A stretch of 64,000 nucleotides of DNA from Candidatus Omnitrophota bacterium (GTDB taxonomy: Bacteria > Omnitrophota > Gorgyraeia > B26-G9 > JBDRCZ01). Below, piece by piece: positions 38,467 to 48,955 of the stretch. How positions within the stretch are numbered: the first letter of the stretch is position 1; each line of letters starts with the position of its first letter. The translations under genes were made by a program, and so were the position numbers. A model generated the notes under the pieces. The model had not been told where the DNA came from, did not search any database, and was given only the letters and a program-made list of their open reading frames with translations. The DNA lies in the NCBI GenBank assembly GCA_043821285.1, contig JBDRCZ010000040.1, positions 582-64,581 on the forward strand, written 5' to 3'.

Positions 38467-39933
38467 TCATCCCTGCCTGCCAGTAGCAAGTCTTTTCCTT
38501 ATCTCCTGCACGATATCCCACATCCCATAATTAAAAACCTTCTCGGCTGCAAAAGCCAACATCGAGTAAAACAAAACAAAAATTACCCCTTGCAACATAA
38601 AAACTAGTAAATCCAATCCCCGTACAAAATATTGTTTGAGTGCTAATGTCAATAAAATTGAAATTATTACATTTACCAATGGGATCACGAGCATACGGAT
38701 AAAAACGCAAAAATCTTCTCGTACAACCTTTGCCGCCTTATACCATACCACAATATTCGGGATAAACGTTGCTAAAACCACCGCAATTGCCGTTCCGGCG
38801 ATACCCCCTTGTGTTGTAAACGGAAATATTAATACCGCAAGCAAAATTAGCTGAACGGTTTGTATCTTCGTCAAAATCTGTGGTTTTCCCACCCCGTAAA
38901 AGAGCGGACCACAAGTTGCGCCGATTGAGCGCACCCACCCCCACAACACTAATATTTGCATTGCCAAAACCATCGGCATCCATTTTACTCCCAAAAACAT
39001 CCTGGTAAAATCCGCAGCCAGCATTAAAATCATCCCGCCAAAAGGAAACGATAAAAACGCAGTTATGCGTAAAGCCTTAAAATACGCGGTTTTTAAATCC
39101 GCCGCTCGATCCTGAAGTTTAGCATACGCCGGCAGCATCACCTGAGAGATTACATGAGTAATTTCAATTGCCGGAAGGTTTGATATCTTATATGCCATTT
39201 GATAAAATCCTAAGGCGGTTGCCCCTAATAATTTCCCGACCACCAGATCATCTCCCTGCGCGTTAAAAAACCCTAATATACTTGAGCCTAACACCCATTT
39301 CCCATATTGAAAAAGTTTTCTTATTTTTTCTAAATTAAAATCAATCCGCGGCCGGTATGAGTGTAAGCAGTAACTGGCAATTACCCCTGCCCCTTCTCTG
39401 GCTAAAACCCCAAAAACCAGTGCCCAGGCATTTCGAAATACAACCGCTGCGGATACGGCAATAACAAAATCCGCGAACGCTGCGCTTAACTGATAAATAA
39501 ACTGCTTTTTAAACTCAAGTTCTTTAGAAAAATATATAATCCCAATATTCGTAAACGCCTGCAGCAGGATAGAAAAGCCAATAACTTGAATTATTTGTTT
39601 TGCCGCCGGCGTATTAAACAAGGCCGCAATTGCTGGGGCGAATAAATAAAGCAGGGAAAATAAAACCATCCCCCGTAACACGAGCAGTGTCCATGCCGAA
39701 TTAAGGAAAGGATAAATATCTTCTTTCTTTTGTATCAGCGCCTGCTGAAACCCGGTTATGGACAAAGTCTCCATGGCCGACATGGTAAGCAAGGCAATGC
39801 CAAACACCCCAAAATCCTGCGGAGCAAGCAAACGCGCCAACACGATTAAGCGGATCAGGTTAAATATCTTTTGTGCTATCCGCACCGCAAACACCCACAC
39901 CCCGGCCTGCACCACCCGCCCAGCCAAACTCAT
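38467..39933 (-). CDS. Polysaccharide biosynthesis protein, Wzx-like (MOP/PST) flippase.
   Basis: 488 aa with about 12-14 TM helices. Sits in an EPS-locus context. Confidence 0.75.
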   Translation of the reverse strand: MSLAGRVVQAGVWVFAVRIAQKIFNLIRLIVLARLLAPQDFGVFGIALLTMSAMETLSITGFQQALIQKKEDIYPFLNSAWTLLVLRGMVLFSLLYLFAPAIAALFNTPAAKQIIQVIGFSILLQAFTNIGIIYFSKELEFKKQFIYQLSAAFADFVIAVSAAVVFRNAWALVFGVLAREGAGVIASYCLHSYRPRIDFNLEKIRKLFQYGKWVLGSSILGFFNAQGDDLVVGKLLGATALGFYQMAYKISNLPAIEITHVISQVMLPAYAKLQDRAADLKTAYFKALRITAFLSFPFGGMILMLAADFTRMFLGVKWMPMVLAMQILVLWGWVRSIGATCGPLFYGVGKPQILTKIQTVQLILLAVLIFPFTTQGGIAGTAIAVVLATFIPNIVVWYKAAKVVREDFCVFIRMLVIPLVNVIISILLTLALKQYFVRGLDLLVFMLQGVIFVLFYSMLAFAAEKVFNYGMWDIVQEIRKRLATGRQG

Positions 39934-39992
39934 CTCAGTACTTACCTTGCACCTTTTTAGGTGCTGTTAAAAGTATCCGCACATTTTTCTAA

Positions 39993-40112
39993 GTAACCAT
40001 AGGGCACACGCAGCCACCGATTAATTCACCACTGATAAACTAAGATTTCTTCCTCTTTAAAACCTCTATAACTATCTGTGCAATCTGTGGTTGCTTGTAG
40101 CCTATGGTTACT
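39993..40112. repeat. MITE-like hairpin, a short copy of the element at 55713..56122.
   Basis: gtaaccatagggcacacgcagccac ... gtggttgcttgtagcctatggttac, an imperfect inverted repeat with a 70-bp spacer. The inner segment tataactatctgtgcaatctgtgg matches 56075-56100. Confidence 0.45.
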
Positions 40113-40153
40113 TTCCGGTTTTAAAGGGGAGAAAGGGGACTGCCCCCTTTCTC

Positions 40154-41914
40154 TCATAACTCATAAATCCTCACCGGAATGCGCGAATAATACACTGTCT
40201 GCAAGTTAGCATTATCTCTGATAAAATCCTGTAGTTCCTTTTCAAACGACCAATCATAAGTCACAAAGAATATCTGCCTGTCATATCTGCGCTGTAGTTC
40301 TTTCACCTCTGCCACCGTGCTAACTTTAACAACATCTATATGCCGCAAATAATACTTAATCTCTCTCCCGGCAACCCCGGGAGCAATTACAATCACGTCT
40401 TTATCTTTTTTAACAATTTCTCTAATAAATTCTGCTGCCGCGCGATAATCCTGCCGCTCAATTGACAAAACCGTATAAACTGCCGGCAAGTTTATTACAA
40501 TCAAAAAAATTGTGCATATTACTTTCACAAAACACGGCCGCAAGTTCGGCAATTTCTGAGAAAGGCTGTTGATACCGCTGGCGACCAGCACCATGTAGAC
40601 CGGTAAGGCAAACATAAAAAAACGGGGATAAAGGTATCTTGGTCTAATTATCAGGTTCAAGCAAAAGGGAATGACAAACATGGTAATTGTAAGTAATGCT
40701 ATTTTTTTCTCTTTCTGCCAGATAAAGACTAATCCCGTAAAAAACAAAATAAGGTAAATAATGCTTCCAATAAGTTCTCCTGAACCTAAAGTTTTAATTA
40801 CTGAGAGGAGAAAAGTAAAATTAATATTTTTCGGAACATAGTCACGTAACAGCTCAAAAAAAATAAACGGCACGACCGGCAGATAAAACAAAAACACAAC
40901 TACCCCGGCAATCGTCGTAAACAAGAAAAATCTATTAGCGGTTTCAAATTGTACGAGCGGCGTGTCTATATTTTTATTTTCCTTAAACACAAACGCACCT
41001 AATAAAACAACTGCCAGCTGACTTAGTAATACCATGAGCATATAAAGATGGGCGTAGAGACCGAGCACGGTAGTAATAACAAACCCCCACCAAAAAGAAT
41101 ATTTTGATTTCCGCAATGCCTGCAAGAAAAAATAACATGATAAAATAGAAAACAACAATAAGGCCGTATAGCCTCTTGACTGTTGGCTCTGATCAACATG
41201 CAAGGCAGAAAAAACAAGCAACGCAGTACTTATCCAAACAATGCTCTTATTCCCAAACAATCGGGAAAATTTTGCCATTGCCCCGATACTGATTATCCCA
41301 AAAATAAACGCCGGCAGCCGAAACACCCATTCCGCCCGTCCAAAAACAAGTATTGCCATACGCGCGAGTATGGAATTTAAAATATGATTATTAAAATAGG
41401 CATAGGCGGTTACGGTATTTAAAAAATTTCCTTTATCAATAAAATTCAAAACCGAATAAATCTCATCATACCACAAGCTCTGATTAAAATTTACCAGACG
41501 TATTAGCGCCGCTACGATTATCATGCCTAATAAGAGCGGTGATGAAACTCCTGGCAATATCTTTGAGCCGGCACTTATGGTTACGTCTACGGGAACTTCA
41601 CCCGCCGCTTTTGCGGACAAATGTTTCCATAATAGTCCCCAAACTAAAAATAAACCCGACACCAGCAGTAAAACTACCTTAAGTTTCTGAATAATCTTAA
41701 GCAGTTCAAAATGCAGCCGTTCACTCCCGGCAAAAGAAATACGCTCTAGATCACCAATAGTTAATGCCAACCGCGTTGCCAGATTAAGCAAAACCGTATC
41801 CGGCAAAAGAACATATATCACCGTCAATATAAGTCCGATGCCGCCCAAGGCCAGACATATTCTTGCGGCAATTTTTGATACAGATTTTTCTTTAACCCTG
41901 CTATTCATAAACAT
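40154..41914 (-). CDS. GT-C fold glycosyltransferase (ArnT/PMT-like, GT39/83-type).
   Basis: 586 aa polytopic membrane protein. A DE motif in the first extracytoplasmic loop (SLWYDEIYSV). Confidence 0.7.
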   Translation of the reverse strand: MFMNSRVKEKSVSKIAARICLALGGIGLILTVIYVLLPDTVLLNLATRLALTIGDLERISFAGSERLHFELLKIIQKLKVVLLLVSGLFLVWGLLWKHLSAKAAGEVPVDVTISAGSKILPGVSSPLLLGMIIVAALIRLVNFNQSLWYDEIYSVLNFIDKGNFLNTVTAYAYFNNHILNSILARMAILVFGRAEWVFRLPAFIFGIISIGAMAKFSRLFGNKSIVWISTALLVFSALHVDQSQQSRGYTALLLFSILSCYFFLQALRKSKYSFWWGFVITTVLGLYAHLYMLMVLLSQLAVVLLGAFVFKENKNIDTPLVQFETANRFFLFTTIAGVVVFLFYLPVVPFIFFELLRDYVPKNINFTFLLSVIKTLGSGELIGSIIYLILFFTGLVFIWQKEKKIALLTITMFVIPFCLNLIIRPRYLYPRFFMFALPVYMVLVASGINSLSQKLPNLRPCFVKVICTIFLIVINLPAVYTVLSIERQDYRAAAEFIREIVKKDKDVIVIAPGVAGREIKYYLRHIDVVKVSTVAEVKELQRRYDRQIFFVTYDWSFEKELQDFIRDNANLQTVYYSRIPVRIYEL

Positions 41915-41936
41915 TTCTTTATTTTTTCGTCATTCG

Positions 41937-43346
41937 TCATTGTTTTTCTAACCTTTTTCTGTCCCCATACAATTGTGGCAGCATCATCACCATTGCCGCC
42001 AAAAACCAGAACGGTTCCATAATCCGCACAATGATAAAAGTATTTGCACTAAAAGAATGAAACAACAGCCCAATGTACCCGGACAAAAAACCTAAGCTTA
42101 TCCCATTTGCCCAATCATCTTTTATATTACGCAATACGTCAAGACTGCGCCGGAAAATTGCCCCTAACAACCAAAGAAATATCCATAATCCAACAATCCC
42201 GGTTTCTCCTAACACCCGGGGATACTGTGTATCGACCAATCCTACTCCCGTGACCCCATGGCCTAACACTGGTTTTTTCAGCCATTGTTTAAATATACTC
42301 TTCCAATTCTCAATACGCGTGGCCGCAGATTCCTCCAGAGTAATTTCTATGCCAAAAGGCGTATATAATTTGCCGTGAACAAACGTATATTTTATCCGAT
42401 TAATTACTTTATTGGGCACGAATATAGGGATTGCAATAATAGATATAACTAAGATGTTGATTAATAAAGCTTTTTTTTCTTTCGTAAATATAATCATAGA
42501 CAGGTACATAAAAATAAATGCCAAATAACTGCCGCGGGATAAAGTTTGCAACAGGGTAATAAAAATCAGAAAAAGCAGCGGCAGACACGATAATTTCCAG
42601 TTTCGAGAACGGGTATACAAAAATATCCCTAAAGTCAGGGCAAATAGCAATACCAGATAACCACCCAATGTATTTGCCTCCCCCTGCACTCCTTCAAAAG
42701 GGGCGGTCGCCCGGGCAACATCTCCGGTCTCGATTGCTTGATATATTGCCCCTTCCATACTTCGATAGAGATTTCTTACCGTAAGCAGGGCATATACACA
42801 AGTTATTGAACAGGTTATTAGAAAAGCGCCAATAAACACCCGGATCTGCCGCTTATCCCGGATATTATTTGTTACCAAAAAATAAAGCATAAAGTATTCA
42901 CTATATTTCAAGATATAAAAAAAACTTGTCAACGCATTGATCTGCCCGGTTACTATCCCGAGAGTTGTTGCAACAACACAAACGACAATATAAGCAATAA
43001 TCAAGGGATTAAGCGGGGTGCGGCGCAGTAACCCCAGCTCTTTATTCAATGCCGTCTTGGCCAGCCAGCTAAAAAAGATTACCATCAGTAAAATATCATC
43101 AAATCTTACCACTACCGCCCGTTGGGGAACGCCGGCTACTTTAAGTTCCGGGGAAAGCAGCATGGAAAAGATAAGGATAATTAAGGCTATATTTGTATTG
43201 GTAAAAGTAATAACAATTACCACCGGAATAATAATAAAGGTAATATAGATATATTCCAGAGGGATTTTGGAAATGCCGATAAATAACATAAAAACAACTG
43301 CGAGGAAAAAAATGATTATATTAAACAGCGCATTTCGGTCAAACAT
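41937..43346 (-). CDS. O-antigen ligase/polymerase-like (Wzy_C-type) membrane protein.
   Basis: 469 aa. Many TM helices. Polysaccharide-locus context. Confidence 0.65.
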   Translation of the reverse strand: MFDRNALFNIIIFFLAVVFMLFIGISKIPLEYIYITFIIIPVVIVITFTNTNIALIILIFSMLLSPELKVAGVPQRAVVVRFDDILLMVIFFSWLAKTALNKELGLLRRTPLNPLIIAYIVVCVVATTLGIVTGQINALTSFFYILKYSEYFMLYFLVTNNIRDKRQIRVFIGAFLITCSITCVYALLTVRNLYRSMEGAIYQAIETGDVARATAPFEGVQGEANTLGGYLVLLFALTLGIFLYTRSRNWKLSCLPLLFLIFITLLQTLSRGSYLAFIFMYLSMIIFTKEKKALLINILVISIIAIPIFVPNKVINRIKYTFVHGKLYTPFGIEITLEESAATRIENWKSIFKQWLKKPVLGHGVTGVGLVDTQYPRVLGETGIVGLWIFLWLLGAIFRRSLDVLRNIKDDWANGISLGFLSGYIGLLFHSFSANTFIIVRIMEPFWFLAAMVMMLPQLYGDRKRLEKQ

Positions 43347-43499
43347 ATATCTTTACTTTCCACAAATCCCCGCTACAAATACGTAAAAGAACTCCAATAT
43401 TCTAATTCAAAATTTATATTAATCTGCATATTCTCCGGTAAAAAAATAAACGCTCATCTTTTTTTATAGATGAGCTTATACTTTCGTATTGCGTCGTGT

Positions 43500-43575
43500 G
43501 CATTGCATTTTTTATTATCATCTTTTTATACTCAATACTCGATACACAATACGAACTTAAATCTGCGATTATCTG
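43500..43575. repeat. Left arm of a perfect 76-bp inverted repeat flanking the wzc-like gene.
   Basis: Exact reverse complement of 45564..45639, checked base by base. Confidence 0.9.
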
Positions 43576-43610
43576 TATCTTCTAATCTGTGATCATCTGT
43601 GCTTGGCTTC

Positions 43611-45545
43611 TCACGTTTTCTTCTTCTGATCGGTTTCGCCTTCTTCGCGATAATATTTATATTTATAATAATAAGGATAGGGCTCAATGGATTCGGTCTG
43701 AGCGGCAATATGATTAAGCACGACCCCGATGATCTTTGCCCCTACGGATTCAAGCTGCGTTTTCGCCCGAAGCAGTGCATCTTTGGACGTGCGTCCAATT
43801 TCATGACAAAGTACAACCCCATCTACGTGAGAAGCGAGCAGGCTGGGGTCGGTTACCGGGATAACCGGTGGAGAATCAAATAACACCACATCAAATCTTC
43901 TTTTTAAATCTTCGATTAATTTCGTGATTGCGTTAGACTCTAAAATTTCTGCCGGATTTTGCGGCAGATGCCCGCTGGGAAGTATCCAGATATTGCCCAG
44001 TCCCGGAAACCTTATAATATCGTCCAGCGACATTTTCCCCAGCATAATATCGGAAATTGTTTTTAATGCATCATCTACCGGAACCGTACCGGTAATAACC
44101 TCACTTAGTCCCACATCTCCCCGGTCAATCCCAAAGGTTCGGGAGAGTGCCGGCCGTCTCAAATCCGAAGAAACCAATAAAGTTCTCGCACCTTTTTGTG
44201 CCAGCGTCAGTCCCAAATTTGTCAAAATTGTTGTTTTCCCTTCCCCCGGGCCGGCACTGGTTACCAGCAGCACCTTCTGCGTGGAACTAATCTTAAGATT
44301 AGTACGGATATTGCGGTAAGACTCGGCAATTGAAGATGTCGGGTTAAAATGGACCAGCATACGGATATAACGTTCTTCTTCTTCCGTATACTTGACACGA
44401 AAAATTCTATGTTTAATTTTTGCAAAAATATTTTTCTCATCATCAACAATCTCGTGTTTTATCGAAGGAATAACTCCTAACACCGGAAGTTTCAGCAGGT
44501 CTTCCACCTCTTGTATTGTCCCTACGGATGTATCCAATGATTCGACTAAAAAAGCAAGCGATATTCCCATGATTGCTCCGGCAATAATCCCAACCAGCGC
44601 GGTAGTAGTTTTTCTTGGCGATACTGGGGAACGAGGCAACACGGCTGGGTCAACTATAGAAACATCGCCTACTTTCTGTGCTTCGGTAATCCGCGCTTCC
44701 TCAAGTTTCTCTTTAAGCATGGAATAAAGTTTTCTATTTGCCTCAACCTCACGGGTTAGCTTGGCAAATTCCAATTCCTGTTCTGACAACCCGCCTTTTT
44801 CCTGCCGTTCTTTAAGTTGTGCTTCTAAATCTTTTATTTGTTTCTTAGTTTGTACAACCCTTGGGTGTTTTTCTGTATATTTCTGTAAGAGCGCGGCCAA
44901 AGCAACTTCTAAATCCGCCAATCGTTTTTGAAGTGGTGCAGAAAGATTAACTCCCCCTTCGCTACTTGTAGTAAATTTTTGCAGTTGTATCTCTCCTTCT
45001 TTTAATCTCGCTTCAAGTTCCGACAATTGTTCCTGAATAAATTCACGTGCCGTACTAAATTGCTTCCTTTTTTCTTCCAAATTCACTTCAATAAAAGCAT
45101 TAACAACCGCCGTGGCAATATCCCTTGCTTCTTCTGCACTACTTGCGGTGGCCGTAATTTTAATAATATTTGTTCTTTCAACGGTTTGGGTAGTTACCTT
45201 ACTTTGCAAATCCGTAACCATGCGTTGGAGTTCTGTAACCGGAGAAGTTATGCTTACCAGTCCAAGATCAAAAGCAACTTCTTTCATCACTGGGAATCCT
45301 TTTATCATTTTCGCTTGTGAGGCCATAGTATCTGCGGGACTATAGACCATCCATTCGGTAAGTAGTCCGGAGACGGTTTTACGCTCAAGTATTTTTACTG
45401 TAGCCGAAGATTCATAAACCAACGGCTTCATTGAAACATGCAGCACACTACCGATAGTTACCGAAACAAACGTTGCAACAATAATAAATTTTCTTTTGCG
45501 GAAAATCCGCAAATAATCTCTCAAATTCAATTCATACTGCGGCAA
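43611..45545 (-). CDS. wzc: Wzc-like polysaccharide co-polymerase with a bacterial tyrosine autokinase domain.
   Basis: N-terminal Wzz-like TM region, then a coiled coil. Walker A SAGPGEGKTT. Walker B VVLFDSPP. C-terminal Tyr cluster YPYYYKYKYY. Confidence 0.85.
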   Translation of the reverse strand: MPQYELNLRDYLRIFRKRKFIIVATFVSVTIGSVLHVSMKPLVYESSATVKILERKTVSGLLTEWMVYSPADTMASQAKMIKGFPVMKEVAFDLGLVSITSPVTELQRMVTDLQSKVTTQTVERTNIIKITATASSAEEARDIATAVVNAFIEVNLEEKRKQFSTAREFIQEQLSELEARLKEGEIQLQKFTTSSEGGVNLSAPLQKRLADLEVALAALLQKYTEKHPRVVQTKKQIKDLEAQLKERQEKGGLSEQELEFAKLTREVEANRKLYSMLKEKLEEARITEAQKVGDVSIVDPAVLPRSPVSPRKTTTALVGIIAGAIMGISLAFLVESLDTSVGTIQEVEDLLKLPVLGVIPSIKHEIVDDEKNIFAKIKHRIFRVKYTEEEERYIRMLVHFNPTSSIAESYRNIRTNLKISSTQKVLLVTSAGPGEGKTTILTNLGLTLAQKGARTLLVSSDLRRPALSRTFGIDRGDVGLSEVITGTVPVDDALKTISDIMLGKMSLDDIIRFPGLGNIWILPSGHLPQNPAEILESNAITKLIEDLKRRFDVVLFDSPPVIPVTDPSLLASHVDGVVLCHEIGRTSKDALLRAKTQLESVGAKIIGVVLNHIAAQTESIEPYPYYYKYKYYREEGETDQKKKT

Positions 45546-45563
45546 AGCTGCCCCCTTTTTACA

Positions 45564-45639
45564 CAGATAATCGCAGATTTAAGTTCGTATTGTGTATCGA
45601 GTATTGAGTATAAAAAGATGATAATAAAAAATGCAATGC
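45564..45639. repeat. Right arm of the perfect 76-bp inverted repeat.
   Basis: Reverse complement of 43500..43575. Confidence 0.9.
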
Positions 45640-45658
45640 TCAATACGCACTACGAATG

Positions 45659-46669
45659 TTAATCAGCTGTTTGGACATCGATTTTAGTTGTTGCGCCGTA
45701 TTTTATGGGATTAAGAATTTGATCAACCACATAATTAACATTAGCAATAAACTTTTTCGGGATAAATATTACATCTTCCGGTTGCAGCGGGATATTTTGT
45801 TCTTTATCTGCGGCCGCAATTGCCCGTGATAAATTGATTCTCTTCCCTTTTGGATTCTGAAATCCTCCGGAAATAAGTATGGTACTTGAAGGCACAGAAT
45901 GAGTAGTAAACCCTCCGGCCATGCCAATTGCCTCAAGAATCGTGCTTCCGCCAGAAACAGCATAAACTCCTGGTCTTCGCACTTCTCCCAAGACAATCAC
46001 TTTGCGCCCGCCTAACTTTCTCAAAGATATGGACACCTCAGGATATCTTAAATACTCTTCAAATCTTCGGGTAAGTTCCGCTTTCAATTGTGTAAAGGTT
46101 AATCCTTGTGCCGGAACCTCTCCGGCTAAGGGAAACGATATTCTTCCATCAGGTCGGACAATTACTTCCTGCCGCAGATCATCCTCCTGCCAGACAGTAA
46201 TATATAACACATCTCCGGGGTTAATTGTATATTCTGCCCCGGCTATTTGCTGTTCATTTTGAATAACGCTTGCTTTTGATTGTTCAAGTACAGTTAGCAT
46301 TATTATCAAAGGAGTCCCGGCTTCAATCTTACAAGGGTCTTTTATTTTGTCCTCATTTGGCTCATAGACCAATGTCCATTTAGACACATCGCCATAAAAC
46401 TTTTCTGCAACACTTGAAACCGTATCGCCATCTTTCGCCGTATAAGCAAGGTAGAGGACGTTACCTTCTTTTTTTACAACCGTTCCTTCTACACTGTGTT
46501 CGTCTATAACTATCGGATCTTTTACTGCTTGTGCATTTGGAACGGGAAATAATACTCCGATTAAGAGCAACCCCAAAACTAACCTCAGATAATACTTCAT
46601 TCCATTTTTAAACTCAAGCGCCAAAGTAAAATTATCATTTGCAATTACCTTAATCACCCTTAGATTCAT
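45659..46669 (-). CDS. wza: Wza-like polysaccharide export protein with an N-terminal LysM domain.
   Basis: LysM-like DGDTVSSVAEKFYGDVSKW. Poly_export-like PGDVLYITVW. SLBB-like PGVYAVSGGSTILEAI. Confidence 0.75.
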   Translation of the reverse strand: MNLRVIKVIANDNFTLALEFKNGMKYYLRLVLGLLLIGVLFPVPNAQAVKDPIVIDEHSVEGTVVKKEGNVLYLAYTAKDGDTVSSVAEKFYGDVSKWTLVYEPNEDKIKDPCKIEAGTPLIIMLTVLEQSKASVIQNEQQIAGAEYTINPGDVLYITVWQEDDLRQEVIVRPDGRISFPLAGEVPAQGLTFTQLKAELTRRFEEYLRYPEVSISLRKLGGRKVIVLGEVRRPGVYAVSGGSTILEAIGMAGGFTTHSVPSSTILISGGFQNPKGKRINLSRAIAAADKEQNIPLQPEDVIFIPKKFIANVNYVVDQILNPIKYGATTKIDVQTAD

Positions 46670-46868
46670 AAAACCACCTCAATGGCTCAATGTTAAATGG
46701 ATGTTCCATTTGCGGTTTGAATATCTTTTAGCTCCGGATTTACACAGATGTTGTACGGATTAATAATCAAAGTTCAATCCGTGAAAATCTATAGTTTTAT
46801 CTTTTCCTCAATACACGATAGTCAATACCCATTGCGAACTAAAATCTGCGATCATCTGTATTCTTAAA

Positions 46869-47690
46869 TCAGCCTTCCATCATCTTCAAGCCTGCTTCAA
46901 CAGCCCCTTCATCAACTCTGGCCATACTCTGGCCCATCCCGACCAAAAGACTCAAATCACAAATCCGATTAATTCTTCTGGGGATACCTCCGGAACGACT
47001 ATGAATTGTTTTTACGGCACTTTCGCAAAATATCACCTCCGGGTTTATGGCTTCAGCAACCCGCAGGCGATGAATTATATAATTCTGCGTATCACTATAA
47101 TCAAATCCTTCTAAATGACATTTTATCGCAATACGCTGTTCCAGCTGTTTATTATCCTCAATCTTTTGCTTTAATTCCGGCTGGCCAAAAAGCAGCAAAC
47201 TCAACAAAAACCTTTCTCGGCTTTGAAAATTTAACAAGAGTCTAAGCTCCTCAAATATACATTCTTCCTTTATAATATGCGCCTCATCAATAATCAGCAC
47301 CGTTTCCTGGCCATCGCGGGAATTATTTTCTAAAATATTGCCTAAAATCTCAAGCATTGAATCCGCGGAGAGTTCTGTTTTTTTCTCCGGCAGATTTACC
47401 GCTTTTAGACTACGCACAATCGCCCGCAGCAATTCCACGTATTCCAGCTGGGGATTAGTGATAAAAGCTATTTTATATTTATCGTGCGGCAGCCAGTCAC
47501 AGATTGCCTGTCCAATCACAGTTTTCCCGCAGCCAAACACGCCACTCAACATACCCGCACCCATGTTTTGCTCAATAACATAGAGCATTTTCATTAACAC
47601 TTCTTCATGTTCGGGAGACTCATAAAAAAACCGCGGATTCGGCGTATTCTGAAACGGTTTTTCCCGAAACCCCCAATATTTCTCGTACAT
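46869..47690 (-). CDS. ExeA/GspA-like AAA+ ATPase.
   Basis: P-loop GVFGCGKT, Walker B LIIDEAH. 273 aa. Confidence 0.75.
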   Translation of the reverse strand: MYEKYWGFREKPFQNTPNPRFFYESPEHEEVLMKMLYVIEQNMGAGMLSGVFGCGKTVIGQAICDWLPHDKYKIAFITNPQLEYVELLRAIVRSLKAVNLPEKKTELSADSMLEILGNILENNSRDGQETVLIIDEAHIIKEECIFEELRLLLNFQSRERFLLSLLLFGQPELKQKIEDNKQLEQRIAIKCHLEGFDYSDTQNYIIHRLRVAEAINPEVIFCESAVKTIHSRSGGIPRRINRICDLSLLVGMGQSMARVDEGAVEAGLKMMEG

Positions 47691-48054
47691 ACCTTTTCAT
47701 CCCTCACAAATGAAGATCCCCCGCAACAAGCAACGGGAGATCTTCATATCCGAAAAATACAAAGCATTTTTCGGCCATTCGAATTGAGTACAACACTTGG
47801 CCTATAAATGCATTATTATTTTTTTCTTGAGGATGTGTCATAATAAAAACAATTCCGTCCTTTTCTCTAATAAAAAATTTCCTTCAGCTTGACTATCCCT
47901 CCTCCACAATGCATTGGCGGATCTTCGATGTAGCAAGCTGGAGGGAATAATCAAGTTTAAAGCAACTCTTTTACTCCTTTTCTATTACACTTATAAGTGT
48001 AATATATCACACCTAATCCGTCAATAGAAATAAAAAAATTCCGAAAGAATTTTT

Positions 48055-48285
48055 TTATGAATATTGCATAGTATATCTGTCTATGAGTTGTCGTATCATT
48101 TTTTGATATTTAGTATGATGGCGTTTAGCTTGTTGCTTGAAAAAATTAACACTTGTTTTACTCAGCGATATGGTTACTTTAACAGTTTCTCGTGGTTCAA
48201 CAAGTTTTTCTGGTGGGGGAAGAAAATCTTCAACCCGCATCATCTTCCCAATAGGTACATCCTGATATTTTATCCTCTTTCGCAT
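48055..48285 (-). CDS. BrnA-like (RHH) antitoxin candidate with no adjacent toxin ORF.
   Basis: The C-terminal region VKVTISLSKTSVNFFKQQAKRHHTKYQKMIRQLIDRY resembles the BrnA-type pattern (V-T-I-R-L-D...F-K-x-Q...Y-Q-T-x-I-N-x-L-R-x-Y). Confidence 0.4.
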   Translation of the reverse strand: MRKRIKYQDVPIGKMMRVEDFLPPPEKLVEPRETVKVTISLSKTSVNFFKQQAKRHHTKYQKMIRQLIDRYTMQYS

Positions 48286-48455
48286 AGTAATCGCCTCCTT
48301 TCATCCAATATCCTGCCCCAATTATTCTAATCTTTCCATCTCGATATGTAAATCTTGCGGTAATGAAAATATATCACAAATATGGCTATTTGTCAATATA
48401 AATATATGTAAATATTTTTTGTTGGGAGACAAAAAATATGTTTTTTAAAAAAACC

Positions 48456-48483
48456 TTGAAAAATCCGGAAAATATGCTATACT
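48456..48483 (+). promoter_or_regulatory. Sigma70-like promoter candidate TTGAAA-N16-TATACT, about 470 bp upstream of the plus-strand giant gene.
   Basis: ccTTGAAAaatccggaaaatatgcTATACTttaatatc. It is homologous to the 28.03-kb element. Confidence 0.35.
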
Positions 48484-48955
48484 TTAATATCCCATTTTTA
48501 AATTTATTTTAAATTTACTTAATCAAATTAATTATTTGTGGTTCGGCACTATAGATGCGTAGTGAGGATGAGACAACAGAAGACAGACGGCAGAAAAAAA
48601 GTGACAAATGACGAAACAAAAAAATAAAATTATCACACAGAGACACCAAGTACACAGGGAAAAACTTTAACTATTTATTTTTTAACAACAAATAGCACGA
48701 ATTATACAAATAAATACCCGTGATGAGTATTGAGCATAACAAAAAATTTGGTAACGGTTAGGGTAACGAAGCCCGTTGCGTAGTTCGGTTACGGTAACGT
48801 AAAAAAACTTTTTTATTTTTTTAGACGTAACCATTGAACGTAACCGATACGGGCATCGTAACCGTAACCTCTAGACGTTTTTTAGGTTGTCTGTCCGCCA
48901 ATCTTTGTGGCGGAACATTTGGAATTAAATAAATAGGATATTTATTGTATGGAAT

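Noticed and set aside
45769-45996. The 75-aa minus-strand ORF inside wza
   Set aside because: It is nested out of frame within the Wza-like coding sequence and is spurious.
28005-48510. Inverted ~70-bp repeats at 28.0 kb and 48.45 kb as the boundaries of a 20-kb invertible segment
   Set aside because: Each copy is oriented toward its own adjacent giant gene and sits at the same relative distance upstream. It is therefore part of the family's upstream module, not necessarily a recombination site. Inversion cannot be excluded but is not the simplest reading.
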